NCBI RefSeq assembly: GCF_006345805.1
Contig: NW_021837042.1
Location: 2,411-66,410 of the forward strand
Direction: 5' to 3'
Origin: Octopus sinensis
Lineage: Eukaryota
Length of the DNA: 64,000 bases
Numbering within the stretch: the stretch's first letter is position 1; each line of letters begins with the position of its first letter. Made by a program: the position numbers and the translations under genes. This document shows, piece by piece, positions 1 through 10,172 of this stretch. The notes beneath the pieces were generated by a model. It ran no database searches, was not told the DNA's origin, and saw nothing but the letters and a program-made list of their open reading frames with translations.

Positions 1-84
1 GGGGTCGATATAATCGACTTAATCCCTTTGCCTGTCCTTGCTTGTCCACGCTATGTTTAACCCCTTGTGGGCATTAAATAAATA
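1..84 (+). mobile_element. 3' tail of SINE family A (truncated by window edge)
   Basis: ggggtcgat..aatcgacttaatcc..ccccttgtggg..aaata matches the tails of full family A copies (e.g. 58868-59100). Confidence 0.85.
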
Positions 85-114
85 GCATGTATGTATTTAT
101 GTATGTATGCATGT

Positions 115-577
115 CCGATTATTTCTATGTCCCCGCGCATGATACGGCCTTAAGCCTTAAGAAAAGGCTTCCAGAAGGGAAGGGTCTTCCTTTGATGCTG
201 ACATGCAATGTCTGTGCAAGACCCTGGCTCAGTAAAGCTGGACTCAAGAGTCATCTTCTTAGTCATAAAACGAGACAGATGAGTGACAACCTGGCCACTG
301 GTGGTGGTGGTGTTACACACCATACTAATCATATCTGTCGGGCATGTGGAAGAGAGTGTAATTCGACAGGACTTAAACGACATGCAAAGGTACATGAAGC
401 CCAGTTACAACTACAGCCGGCTATTACCAGTAAAGGTTTTAGTTGCCAATTTTGTACAAGACATTGTAGACCTTTAGCTGGGCTAAAAAGTCACATTCGA
501 TCACAGCACCAGTAACAGTTAAGCTTCGTGCAATGGCCATACTCGATAACGAGGGGGCAGCCATCATGTATGCATGT
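115..577 (+). mobile_element. 3' fragment of RTE-clade LINE: C-terminal C2H2 zinc fingers plus short 3' UTR
   Basis: ORF ending at 515 has three CxxC..H..H fingers with the RTE-type GLKSH motif. It is followed by an RTE-like 3' stem-loop (atggccatactcgataacgagggggcagccatc) and a (TATG)n tail. atgtatgcatgt occurs at 103-114 and 566-577 (possible TSD). Confidence 0.7.
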
Positions 578-820
578 ATGTATGTGCGCGCGCGCGTGCA
601 TGTACAAAATGTTTAAGGAAAGAATTGATCATACTACGGCTAATATCAGAATATACTTTTCTGAAGAAATTGTGCAGTGGGGTCACATGCGGAACCCGGA
701 GCTTGCGTCATCTTTTCTAGAATTTGTGAGCAATTGCTTTGAAATAGAGCTTATGGCTACATATGTACATAGATATGGTGCCAATAAAGACACGGAAATA
801 CGGATAACGTGTATGTATCA

Positions 821-924
821 CTTCTTTGTAAGCCTAGTACTTATTCTATCGGTTCTCTTGTGCCAAACCGCTAAGTTACGGGAACGCAAACACCAACCAG
901 CATCGGTTGTCGAGCGATGGTGGA

Positions 925-964
<40 letters not shown>

Positions 965-1142
965 ACAACACACACACACACACACACACACAGACACACA
1001 CAAACACACACACACACAAACAGACACACACAGACACACACAGACACACACAACACCCACAAACACACAACACAGACACAACACACACACACAGACACAC
1101 AAACACACACACACAGACACACACAAACAAACAAAACACACA

Positions 1143-1187
<45 letters not shown>

Positions 1188-1484
1188 AGACACACAGAGA
1201 CCACAAAACACAAACACACAAACACACACAGACACACACCACACAGAACACACACCCACCACACACACACCCACACAAAAACACACACACATACACGACA
1301 CACAGAGACACACACAAACCACACACACACAACACACACCACAGACACGCACACACACAACAACCACACACACACACACACAAACACACACACATACACA
1401 GACACACAGAGACACACCAACACACACACACACACAGAGACTCACACCAACACCACACAACACACACACACACACACACACACA

Positions 1485-1522
<38 letters not shown>

Positions 1523-1684
1523 GGGCTTCTGTTAGTTTCCATCTACCAAATCCACTCGCAAGGATCTGGTCGGCCCGAGGCTAGAGTAGAAGACACTCGC
1601 CCAAGGTACCATGCAGTAGGACTGAACACGGAACCATGTGGTTGGTTAGCAAGCTACGTACCACACAGCCACTCCTGCGCCTAT
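821..1684 (-). mobile_element. SINE family B with expanded internal (CA)n
   Basis: Reverse complement starts ATAGGCGCAGGAGTGGCTGTGTGGTA (tRNA-like head); same body as the copies at 29213 and 60704. Confidence 0.9.
928..1520. repeat. Compound (CA)n microsatellite
   Basis: About 590 bp of CA repeats with interruptions; source of the HT/VC-repeat ORFs. Confidence 0.97.
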
Positions 1685-2395
1685 TATATATATATGTGTG
1701 TGTTTGTGTGTAGATATATATGTATGAATGTATGTATGTATCTATGTTTGTGTGTAACTATGAAACTAGCAAAAGAGACATATACACACGCATATATATC
1801 AATGTATATGTGGGCGTTTATGGGATTGCTTTTACGTATCAGTGCTAAACACACACACACACACGCACAGAGAATAATAAAAGAAAGAATGGAAGCAGGC
1901 AATATGTACGAAAGTGGAAGAGTTAAGATCGAGAGAAAATGAACGTTTTAATCAAAGTTTGTAATTAATTATAAGGTGAGTGTGTGGGCAAGTTGTATGA
2001 TCAGTGACTGAGTGCATTTCATTCAGACTGAGAATTAAATTAAAAGAGAAATACAAAATGCTTACAAAAGACCCAAAGAAACAAACAAACAAACATTAAA
2101 ATAAAATTTAAAAAAAGCAGCGCAAAAAAAAAAAATATTGCGCATTTTCAATTGTTTACGACGCCCCTGTCGAACAACAACAGAGAAACAAAGATAATAA
2201 GAACGGACTTAGGATATAACAAAGAATGGCAAAATGTTGAGTTCGAAAATATAGGTTCGAGACAAAATATTCTGGAAATTTCTTTTAATATTTGAAAATA
2301 ACGCGAAAGAAAGTGAAGAACTAATCAATTAAATGTTTTGTAAACGTTAAAAAGAAACAATGGTAAATACACACACACAACACACACACACACAC

Positions 2396-2439
<44 letters not shown>

Positions 2440-2545
2440 ATGCGTGTGTAACGAAGGAACACAGATTTTATGTTGAGGTAGATACCTTAGGAGCACTCTG
2501 ATAAGATCCAGATTTAGTTAACCGTTTCTAATAACAGGAAATATG

Positions 2546-3001
2546 CGAATTAGAAAATAGAATATAGAATATAGAATTAGAATATAGAATTAGAATATAG
2601 AATTAGAATATAGAATATAGAATATAGAATTAGAAAATGGAATATAGAATATAGAATACAGAATATAGAATACAGAATATATGTTAGAATATAGAATATA
2701 GAATTAGAAAATAGAATTAAAATATAGAATTAGAATATAGAATATAGAATACAGAATACAGAATACAGAATATATGTTAGAATATAGAATATAGAATATA
2801 GAATATATATTAGAATATAGAATTAGAATATAGAATTAGAATATAGAATTAGAATATAGAATATAGAATATATATTAGAATATAGAATTAGAATATAGAA
2901 TATAGAATACAGAATATATATTAGAATATAGAATATAGAATATAGAATATAGAATACAGAATATATATTAGAATATAGAATATATATTAGAATATAGAAT
3001 T
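2546..3001. repeat. (AGAATAT/AGAATT)n 6-7 bp tandem repeat
   Basis: Continuous tagaatatagaattagaata... array. Confidence 0.95.
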
Positions 3002-3207
3002 ACGGTTATACTCCTTTCGATTGTTGGAGCCTGAGTATAAGAATATCAATTTTTGGATTGGAATTTTTACTATATTTATTCTAATAGAAATCAATTAGAA
3101 TCACAAAACCTTCACATTTAAGGACTGTAAGACATTAGACAATAAATAAATAAATAAAGAAAACATTTATAAATTAGAAAATTACTATTTTTAAATCTCA
3201 CAACATG

Positions 3208-3420
3208 AGATATTCAGCAACAGTATTTTGTAGTAAAGATTGTTTGCCAAGATAATATGGCAGTCCTAGTTTAGGACGAATGTTGTTGTAACTTAGCCCC
3301 AGGAGACAGATCGTGTCGTATAGCCAGCTAGAGACAATGTCTCCTGGGGCTAAATTACAGCAACATTCGTCCTAAACCAGGACTGCCATGTTATGTTGGC
3401 AAACAATCTTTACTACAAAA
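3208..3420. mobile_element. Fold-back of the repeat family also at 27370-27693
   Basis: Arms of about 85 bp (ttttgtagtaaagattg...ccaggagaca / tgtctcctgg...caatctttactacaaaa) around a ~29-bp spacer; shares sequence with 27371-27520. Confidence 0.85.
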
Positions 3421-3680
3421 ATTAAACATGTTCCGGAATTTTATATCTGAAAGATTTTAATTAAAGATGTTTAAATTTTCCATTCTTTATTATGTCTTTC
3501 AGAATTGATGAGATTAAATCAGACCCAATCCACTGCCTTCCTTTTCGAGGAAGGCAGTGGATTGGAGATCTCTATGAATTTATCATGATATTATTATAGT
3601 ATTGTATACAAATTATATATTATATTAAATATCAAATGATTCGTAGTATATATAAAGTAAAAAAATATAATAATAATAAT

Positions 3681-3932
3681 AAATGTGCCCTTTTAAAGCC
3701 TAGCCAGGCTCATGGGCCCGGTTTCCCGGTTTCAATGGCGTATGTGTTCCCCAGCGGGACGGGACGCCAGTCCATCGCAGCGTTACTCATTGTTGCCAGC
3801 TGAGTGGACTGGAGCAACGTGAAATGAAGTGTTTTGCTCAAGAACACAACGCAACGCCCGGTCCAGGAATCGAAACCACAATCTTACGATCAAGATGCTG
3901 ACACCCTAACCACTTAGCCACGCACCTCCACA
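3681..3932 (-). mobile_element. tRNA-derived SINE (CORE/V-like body), family E
   Basis: Minus strand: GTGGCTAAGTGGTTAGG A box, GGTTTCGATTCC B box, CTTGAGCAAAACAC and GCGATGGACTGGCGTCCC body, (ATT)n tail. Confidence 0.85.
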
Positions 3933-3999
3933 TATATGAATTAGTAAAATATAAAATATTTATTTATACATAAAAATAGTGGAGGGTTGTGCTGAGGGT

Positions 4000-4051
4000 A
4001 TTATGTGGCCATGAGGGGGGTACGGTGGCCCAAAACGTTTGAGAACCTCTG
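4000..4051. mobile_element. hAT-type MITE right end
   Basis: gggggtacggtggcccaaaacgtttgagaacctctg resembles the reverse complement of hAT/Charlie CAGTGGTTCTCAAAC termini. Confidence 0.45.
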
Positions 4052-4156
4052 ATATAGATTATTATCGAAAAGCCGTCCGACAGCATGTATAGCGAGGCAG
4101 CCAACATACTAAGGCAGTATATCAACATCTTCATGCCAAAATGAAAAATATCAAGA

Positions 4157-4187
4157 ACTAGCAGTATAACCCGGCTTTGCCTGGGAT
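4157..4187 (-). mobile_element. Isolated Helitron 3' terminus
   Basis: actagcagtataacccggctttgcctggg is the reverse complement of hairpin + CTAG, as in the Helitrons at 20079-20106 and 32229. Confidence 0.55.
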
Positions 4188-4195
4188 TAAACCTC

Positions 4196-4348
4196 TGTAA
4201 CTTAGCAGTTCGGCGAAAGAGACCGATAGAATAAGTACTAGGCTTACAAAGAATAACTCCTGGTGTTGATTTGTTCGACTAACGGCGGTGCTCCAACATG
4301 GCCGCTGTCAAATGACTGAAATAAATAAAAGGAAAAGAATAAAAGAAT
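4196..4348 (+). mobile_element. 3' half of SINE family B
   Basis: gtaacttagcagttcggcgaaagagaccgatagaataagtactaggc...caaatgactgaaa. Confidence 0.85.
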
Positions 4349-5009
4349 ATTTATCAGGTGAAAAGTAAAAAAAACAAAACAACCAACTTGAAATTACCTG
4401 GTAACAGGATCCGTTGGGATGGTTTGTGACACGGGACGTGATTGCTTCAGAGTTCTAAGTCTTAAGCCAAAGCTGAGAAAACAGATTAGACATCTTTGTG
4501 CCGCGGCAAGTTAGTCATTAGCGGTTTAGTGAGATGGTACAAACATGGACAGCGAAAGGTTTCTGAACTTAAATACCTGGACTTACACTGCGGCATGCTT
4601 GCACTCAGAGAACTGAAAGAAAACTGCACGAAATATACAAGCAATCAACAATCGAAAAAAATTTACTAGTAAATAATTTGATAGTTCGGTCGCAAAATAT
4701 AGATGAAAAATATACAGGGTGGTCCGAAAGACTTGTTACCCCCTACCAAAATATAATGAGAACAATGGAAGAACAAGTAGTACAGAACTATATTTAAGAG
4801 ATGAGGAATTATGAACATTATTTACATTATTTACATTCTGTACATTTATACCACTGGAAAATACGAAAACTAAAAGAAGCCGCACATATGCTAGGACACA
4901 ACAACCTCCTATGCAGACCGGGTGCAGATATAAGCAGTATATGGGAACCGGTATTAAGAAAGGATAGAAAAATATTAGATTTATAAGCCCTAAAATTCAC
5001 TCCATAATT

Positions 5010-5075
5010 GCCCACGTAGTGGTTAAGAGTGCGGGCTACTAACCGCAAGATTCCGAGTTCGATTCCAGGTAGCGA

Positions 5076-5106
<31 letters not shown>

Positions 5107-5263
5107 GATAATAATAATAATAATGACAATATCGAAAAATTCGTTAGGAATGAGAACCCAGGTTCGATATTTCCCCAAGGCACTTGAAGAAGGCTGGAGG
5201 GTATATCAGCTAAAACGCTGTGTTAACAAGATGAGGGCAAATCCCCATCAAATGTAATGTACA
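5010..5263 (+). mobile_element. Family F tRNA-headed element with degenerate hammerhead (5179-5224)
   Basis: Head gtagtggttaagagtgcgggctactaac..gagttcgattcc, then (AAT)n, then ggcac-TTGAAGA-a-ggctg..cagct-AAAAC-gc. A minus-strand tail of the same family lies at 4788-4838. Confidence 0.8.
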
Positions 5264-5334
5264 AGTACAGTAATCCAAAGCACGATTTCGAATTAGTTTA
5301 TTCACTTTCATTGACGCTGTCACACATCGAGAAG

Positions 5335-5792
5335 GTCTGTGTGAAACCATCATTTTCGTGGCACAAAATGATGCAGCGCCATGTCCCGTGTGATATTTTT
5401 CGAGGCTGTGTTTTAGTGCGTGGTGCAAAGGCTCTCCGAACGGCGTCCTTCAACTGATGGGTATTCTGGTATCGTTCATGTGAACTTCTCTCCTTGATAA
5501 TACCCAACAGAGCGTTATAGCAAGACGTGAGGTCTGGGCTTCTGGGAGGCCCAATCGACAGGTGCTGGAAGTTATTGCGATCCTCGCCCTATCCATCTAT
5601 CCCGAAAAACTTTATTTAGGTATTCCCGGACAGTGATAGCATAGTGCGGTCGGGCACCATCTTGTTGGAACCAACAATCACTCAGGACAACATTCAACAT
5701 CTGGAGCTGTGGAACAAACCACTCCCTTAGCAGGGCCAAGTAAGGTTGCTGGTTAACAGTGCCCTCGAAAAAATAGGGTGCTATCAGGTTCT
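5335..5792 (-). pseudogene. DD(46)D-type transposase C-terminal remnant
   Basis: Hand translation: APYFFEGTVNQQPYLALLREWFVPQL..WFQQDGARPH..VREYLNKVFRDRWIGRG..W[frameshift]PPRSPDLTSC..GIIKE; contains a stop and a frameshift. Confidence 0.8.
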
Positions 5793-6425
5793 TACTTGTG
5801 TGTTAATGTGTGTATCAGACCCAATCCGCTGCCTGGCAGTGGGTTGGAGGTCGCTATGAATTTATTATGATATTATAGTATTGTATTATGGCGGTCCAAA
5901 TCATTACCTGTGTGTGTGTGTGTGGGGGGGGGGGGTTATAAAAAAAGGCTGATAATAATGACAATAATAAACAATATGTAGGGGGTAACAAGACCTTCGG
6001 ACCACCCTGTAGTTAATAGCTCCATCCGTCCGTCCATCCGTCCTGCATTCCATGATGTTGTTGGATGTTGTGCTTTTCCAGGTGCTGAGCTTCAGGCCCA
6101 CCGACTTTTGCGGGTTAATTTTTGCTCCTGTCACGGCTTATTATCGATAATACGTCGGACCAGCGCCCCACGACTAATTCATACACACACATACACGCAC
6201 ACACAAATATACACACACAATAACACTCATACACGCGCATGTACACACATATACACTTCCTTAGATACGCACACTCTCACGTGCACCCACTCACGCACAT
6301 ACATACACAGTCACATACACACGCACGCTAACACACCCACGCACACACACATGCCACATACACACTGGCGCACGCATACACACATTAACATACTCTCACA
6401 TACACCCTCATACACACACTATTAT

Positions 6426-6768
6426 GTATTTCGTTTGCCGCTACGTTCTGAGTTCAAATTCCGCCGAGGTTGACTTTGCCTTTCATCCTTTCGGGGTCGA
6501 TAAATTAAGTACCATTTACGGACTGGGGTTGATGTAATCGACTTAATCCGTTTGTTTGTCCTCTCTGTGTTTAGCCCCTTGTGGGTAGTAAAGAAATAGG
6601 TATTTCGTCTGTCTTTACATTCTGAGTTCAAATTCCGCCGAGGTCGACCTTGCCTTTCATCCTTTCGCGGTCGATAAATTAAGTACCAGTTACGCACTGG
6701 GGTCGATCTAATCGTCTGCGCTCCCTCCCCCAAAATTTCGGGTTCTGTGTCTAGAGTAGAAAAGATTA
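6426..6768 (+). mobile_element. Headless tandem SINE family A units
   Basis: gtatttcg..gagttcaaattccgccgagg..aaagaaatag repeated twice. Confidence 0.85.
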
Positions 6769-7109
6769 CGCACGCATTCACACTAACAGACACACACACA
6801 CAAACACATACACACTAACATACACACGCACTATACACAAATATACTCACATACACTATTATACACACGCTAACACACACTCGTATAAACACATACACAC
6901 TCATATAAATACACTCACATACATACATTCACACTAGCACACGCAGTCACACTCGTATAAACACACACACACTCACATACGCGCTCACACGCTCATCATA
7001 ACGCATTGGGTTCTTTTGGTTTGGTGCCAATCTAACGCTGAATCAGATTACCAGTGAATCAAAAGAGTTAATTGATAGTTACTTGAGCGAATGAGTAGTG
7101 CTGGCTTCC

Positions 7110-7431
7110 GTGAATGCGCGTGGCTCAGTGGTTAGGGCATTCGGCTCATGATCGTAAGGTTGTGAGTTCGATTCCCGGCGGAGCGTTGTGTCCTTGAGCA
7201 AGACACTTTATTTCATGTTGCTCCAGTCCACTCAGCTGGTAAAAATGAGTAGTACCTATATTTCAAAGGGCCAGCCTTGTCACACTCTGTGTCACCTTAA
7301 ATCTCCCCGAGAACTACGTTAAGGTTACACGTGTCTGTGGAGTGCTCAGCCACTTGCACGTTAAATTCACGAGCAGGCTGTTCCGTTGATTCGGATCAAC
7401 TGGGACCCTCGTCGTCGTAATCGACGGAGTG
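7110..7431 (+). mobile_element. tRNA-derived SINE family D
   Basis: gtggctcagtggttagggc A box, gagttcgattccc B box, gtgtccttgagcaagacac CORE-like body, cctcgtcgtcgtaatcgacggag 3' stem-loop. Confidence 0.85.
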
Positions 7432-7569
7432 TTCGGCTATATATATATACATGCACTATATATATATATATATATATCTATATATATATATATATATATA
7501 TATATGGTGTGTGTGTGTGTTGTGCGTGCGTGTGAGTGTGTGTGTCTGCGTGTGTGTGTGTGTGTGAGT

Positions 7570-7734
7570 GTGAAGGCCCGTGGTTTAGTGGTTAGGGCAT
7601 TCGGCTCAAGATCGTAAGGTCGTGAGTTCAATTTCCGGCGACTCATCGTGTCCTTGTGCAAGACACTTTATACGAGAAAGCTGTTCCGTTGATCATATCA
7701 GCTGGGACCCTCGTCGTCGTAACCGACGGAGTGC
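7570..7734 (+). mobile_element. SINE family D, internally deleted
   Basis: Head and 3' end of family D joined without the middle. Confidence 0.8.
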
Positions 7735-7939
7735 TTCTACAGATCTGGCTTCTGACACACGCTCGACAAGGGGTTGGACGATGTTATACATCAACAATAA
7801 CGTCTCTTAATTGCTTCGGTATCGTTGAATGGAACTCGTATCATTTTGTTTGGTGGCCCACGAAGAATTCTTTCGTATTTATTTTCTTTGAGACGTCGTG
7901 AACTTGTGTCCCTCATTGTTGCTTTTGTCGAATAATCTA

Positions 7940-8210
7940 TTCTATTTTTATTTCTCTTATTTTTGTACGTGTTTCAGTCATTTGACTGCGGCCGTGTTGG
8001 AGCATTGCCTTGAAAATTTTTAGTCGAACGAACCGGCCGCAGGGCTTGTTTTTATTTTAAGCCTAGTACATGTTTTATCGGTCTCTTTTGCCGCACTGCT
8101 AAGTTAGGGGACCGTCAACACACCAATACCGGTTGTCAAGCGTTGGTGGGGGACAAACACAGAAACAAAGGGACACACTTAGTTCATACATACATACATA
8201 CATCTACAAG

Positions 8211-8251
<41 letters not shown>

Positions 8252-8403
8252 CACACACAATACATATATATACAATGAGTTTCTTTGAGTTTCTGTCAAC
8301 CAAATCCACTCGAGGTTATAATAGAAGACACTTGCCCAAGATGTCACGCAGTAAGACTGAACCCGGAACCATATAATTGGGAAGGAAGCTTCTTACCATA
8401 CAG
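7940..8403 (-). mobile_element. SINE family B
   Basis: Reverse-complement homology to other B copies. Confidence 0.85.
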
Positions 8404-8484
8404 TTCTATATTTAAGAGATGAGGAATTATGTACATTATTTACATTATTTACATTTGATGGATATTTGTCCTCATCTTGTTGTT

Positions 8485-8530
8485 AACACAACGTTTCGGC
8501 TGATACACCCTCCAGCCTTCATCAGGTCTC
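8485..8530 (-). ncRNA. Minimal type I hammerhead ribozyme (family F), intact core
   Basis: Minus strand: GAGAC-CUGAUGA-A-GGCUG(GAGGGUGUAU)CAGCC-GAAAC-GUU|GUGUU; palindromic AACGUU stem III. Confidence 0.75.
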
Positions 8531-8588
8531 TTGGGGAAATTTCGAACCTGGGTTCCCATTCCTAACGTATTTTTCGATATTATTATTA

Positions 8589-8638
<50 letters not shown>

Positions 8639-8795
8639 GATTCAGGTCACTGCCCGGAATCGAACTTGGAATCTTAGCGTTAGTAACCCCAAGATTCCGA
8701 GTTCGATTTCAGACAGTGATCTGAATAATAATAATAATAACAACAGCATCAAAAAATATGTTAGGAATGAGAACCCAGGTTCGAAATTTCCCCAA

Positions 8796-8840
8796 GACAC
8801 CTGATGAAGGCTGGCGCGTATATCAGCCGAAAGTTGTATT
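8796..8840 (+). ncRNA. Minimal hammerhead (family F), C15.2 deleted
   Basis: GACAC-CUGAUGA-A-GGCUG..CAGCC-GAAA-GUU-GUAUU. Confidence 0.55.
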
Positions 8841-8937
8841 AACAACAAACAAGATGAGGACAAATATCCGTCGAATGTAAATAATATAAATAATGTTCCT
8901 ATCAGACACTTTACATTATTGCTTCAATTGCATTGCT

Positions 8938-9011
<74 letters not shown>

Positions 9012-9034
9012 GCCTTCCTCAACATAAAGATTTC

Positions 9035-9335
9035 GGATCTTTTCAGTTTGAAGGCCAGATTTTCTTAGTTAACTAAACAATTTGAAACTTCGTATACTGG
9101 TATAATATGTCAAAAGAAAACATAATTGTAACCCAAAATGAAAACGGATTTGTAATTTCTAAGTTTAACGTTGTTTAATAATTCGAATTTTAACCAATGA
9201 TATTCTTTCTTTCGACCTCATATTATTTACTGCCTCTCAAAATATTGTTACTGTGACGTAAACAGCTATTTTGTGACGTAGTTAACGTAAACATGTAAAC
9301 AGACCTACAGATTCGTTTGTAACGTAAACATCCGC
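9035..9335 (+). mobile_element. Non-autonomous DNA-transposon-like element (GGATCTTTTCAGTTTGAA terminus)
   Basis: Near-identical inverted copy at 23400-23685; diverged copies at 22545, 27890 and 48904-49174. Confidence 0.7.
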
Positions 9336-9399
9336 TCATTGGCATCGTACACAGCTTTTTCAGTTCCCTAGAACCGAGCCGAGCCGAGCCGAGCCGAAG

Positions 9400-9602
9400 G
9401 ACAGTGAGCCCAATGGCGCCCAGAACCTTGCTCCTGACACTCCATGGACCCTAAGCAAGGCGTGTGTAAAATGTGAATGAAATTGGTTGTGTAGTTCTCA
9501 AGTTTTAGGGATTCACACAGACAGACAGATACACATTCTTAGTTTCATATATATCGATATACTAGCATTATGACCCGGTCGTTGCCGGGTCATAGTGCTA
9601 GT
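9400..9602 (-). mobile_element. Helitron/DINE-like 5' end plus double-ended CTAG hairpin
   Basis: Minus strand starts atcgatatatatgaaactaagaatgtgtatctgtctgtctg; 9561-9602 is the palindrome actagcattatgacccgg-tcgttg-ccgggtcatagtgctagt. Confidence 0.6.
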
Positions 9603-9640
9603 CCATGTATATATGAGTATATATATGTGTTCATATTACA

Positions 9641-9683
<43 letters not shown>

Positions 9684-10120
9684 TTACACATAAAACAAAT
9701 ACAATGTTATATCTTGATATCGCTATGATAACAATACTCAAAATATATAACAACTGGAATTGTAGGCCCGTCTCTTGCAATTTTCCAACCAATGTATTTT
9801 GTCCTCCCTCTGGTGTAGAAGTGTGGCTACAATCCAGCCTACCTCTACTTTTGCGGGGATATCTTTCATAGTCGCACCAAGACACTTTTCGATGGTGCTT
9901 TCCTCCAGGTGTTCAAATCTTTTTTTTCTTTCTACATTGTATGCTTTATAGACAATTGTCTTTTCTTTAATTTTATATTTCGTTTGGTGGTGTTATCTTA
10001 GATTCAATGTCTTTCTCGTTGATCAATCCGAAAAAGGTGTGTATTTCTTCCATTTTAATTTTAATGAGTTCGCGCCCGCCGACGGCTGCAGCGGAATTCA
10101 TTTTTGGACTTTCTTCTCTC

Positions 10121-10172
<52 letters not shown>

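Larger units (their letters stand above)
4715..6009 (-). mobile_element. Tc1/mariner-superfamily transposon (rosa-like), degenerate, both TIRs present
   Basis: 32-bp TIRs cagggtggtccgaaagacttgttaccccctac (4715-4746) and its reverse complement at 5978-6009 with 2 mismatches; TA on both sides. Confidence 0.85.
8403..8900. mobile_element. Palindromic family F element: two head-to-head tRNA-headed, hammerhead-bearing arms
   Basis: Inverted arms of about 240-280 bp fused at gtta-g-taac (centre 8683); each arm has a B box, (AAT)n, a hammerhead and a tail. Confidence 0.85.

Noticed and set aside
87-515. Stand-alone C2H2 zinc-finger gene
   Set aside because: ATG lies in a (TATG)n tract, and the 3' end and finger motif fit an RTE tail
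528-1942. Long HT-/VC-repeat ORFs (also 29853-30460, 50178-51751)
   Set aside because: Translations of (CA)n/(CATA)n microsatellites, open in several frames on both strands
2546-3001. Telomere-like array
   Set aside because: Unit is AGAATAT/AGAATT, not TTAGGG-like, and it is interstitial
5010-5070. Functional tRNA gene (also other SINE heads)
   Set aside because: No complete acceptor stem; each runs into a repeat body, so these are SINE heads
9720-10115. Possible degraded minus-strand coding remnant (EHLEESTIEKCL..KVEVGWIVA)
   Set aside because: No motif I can name; interrupted by stops
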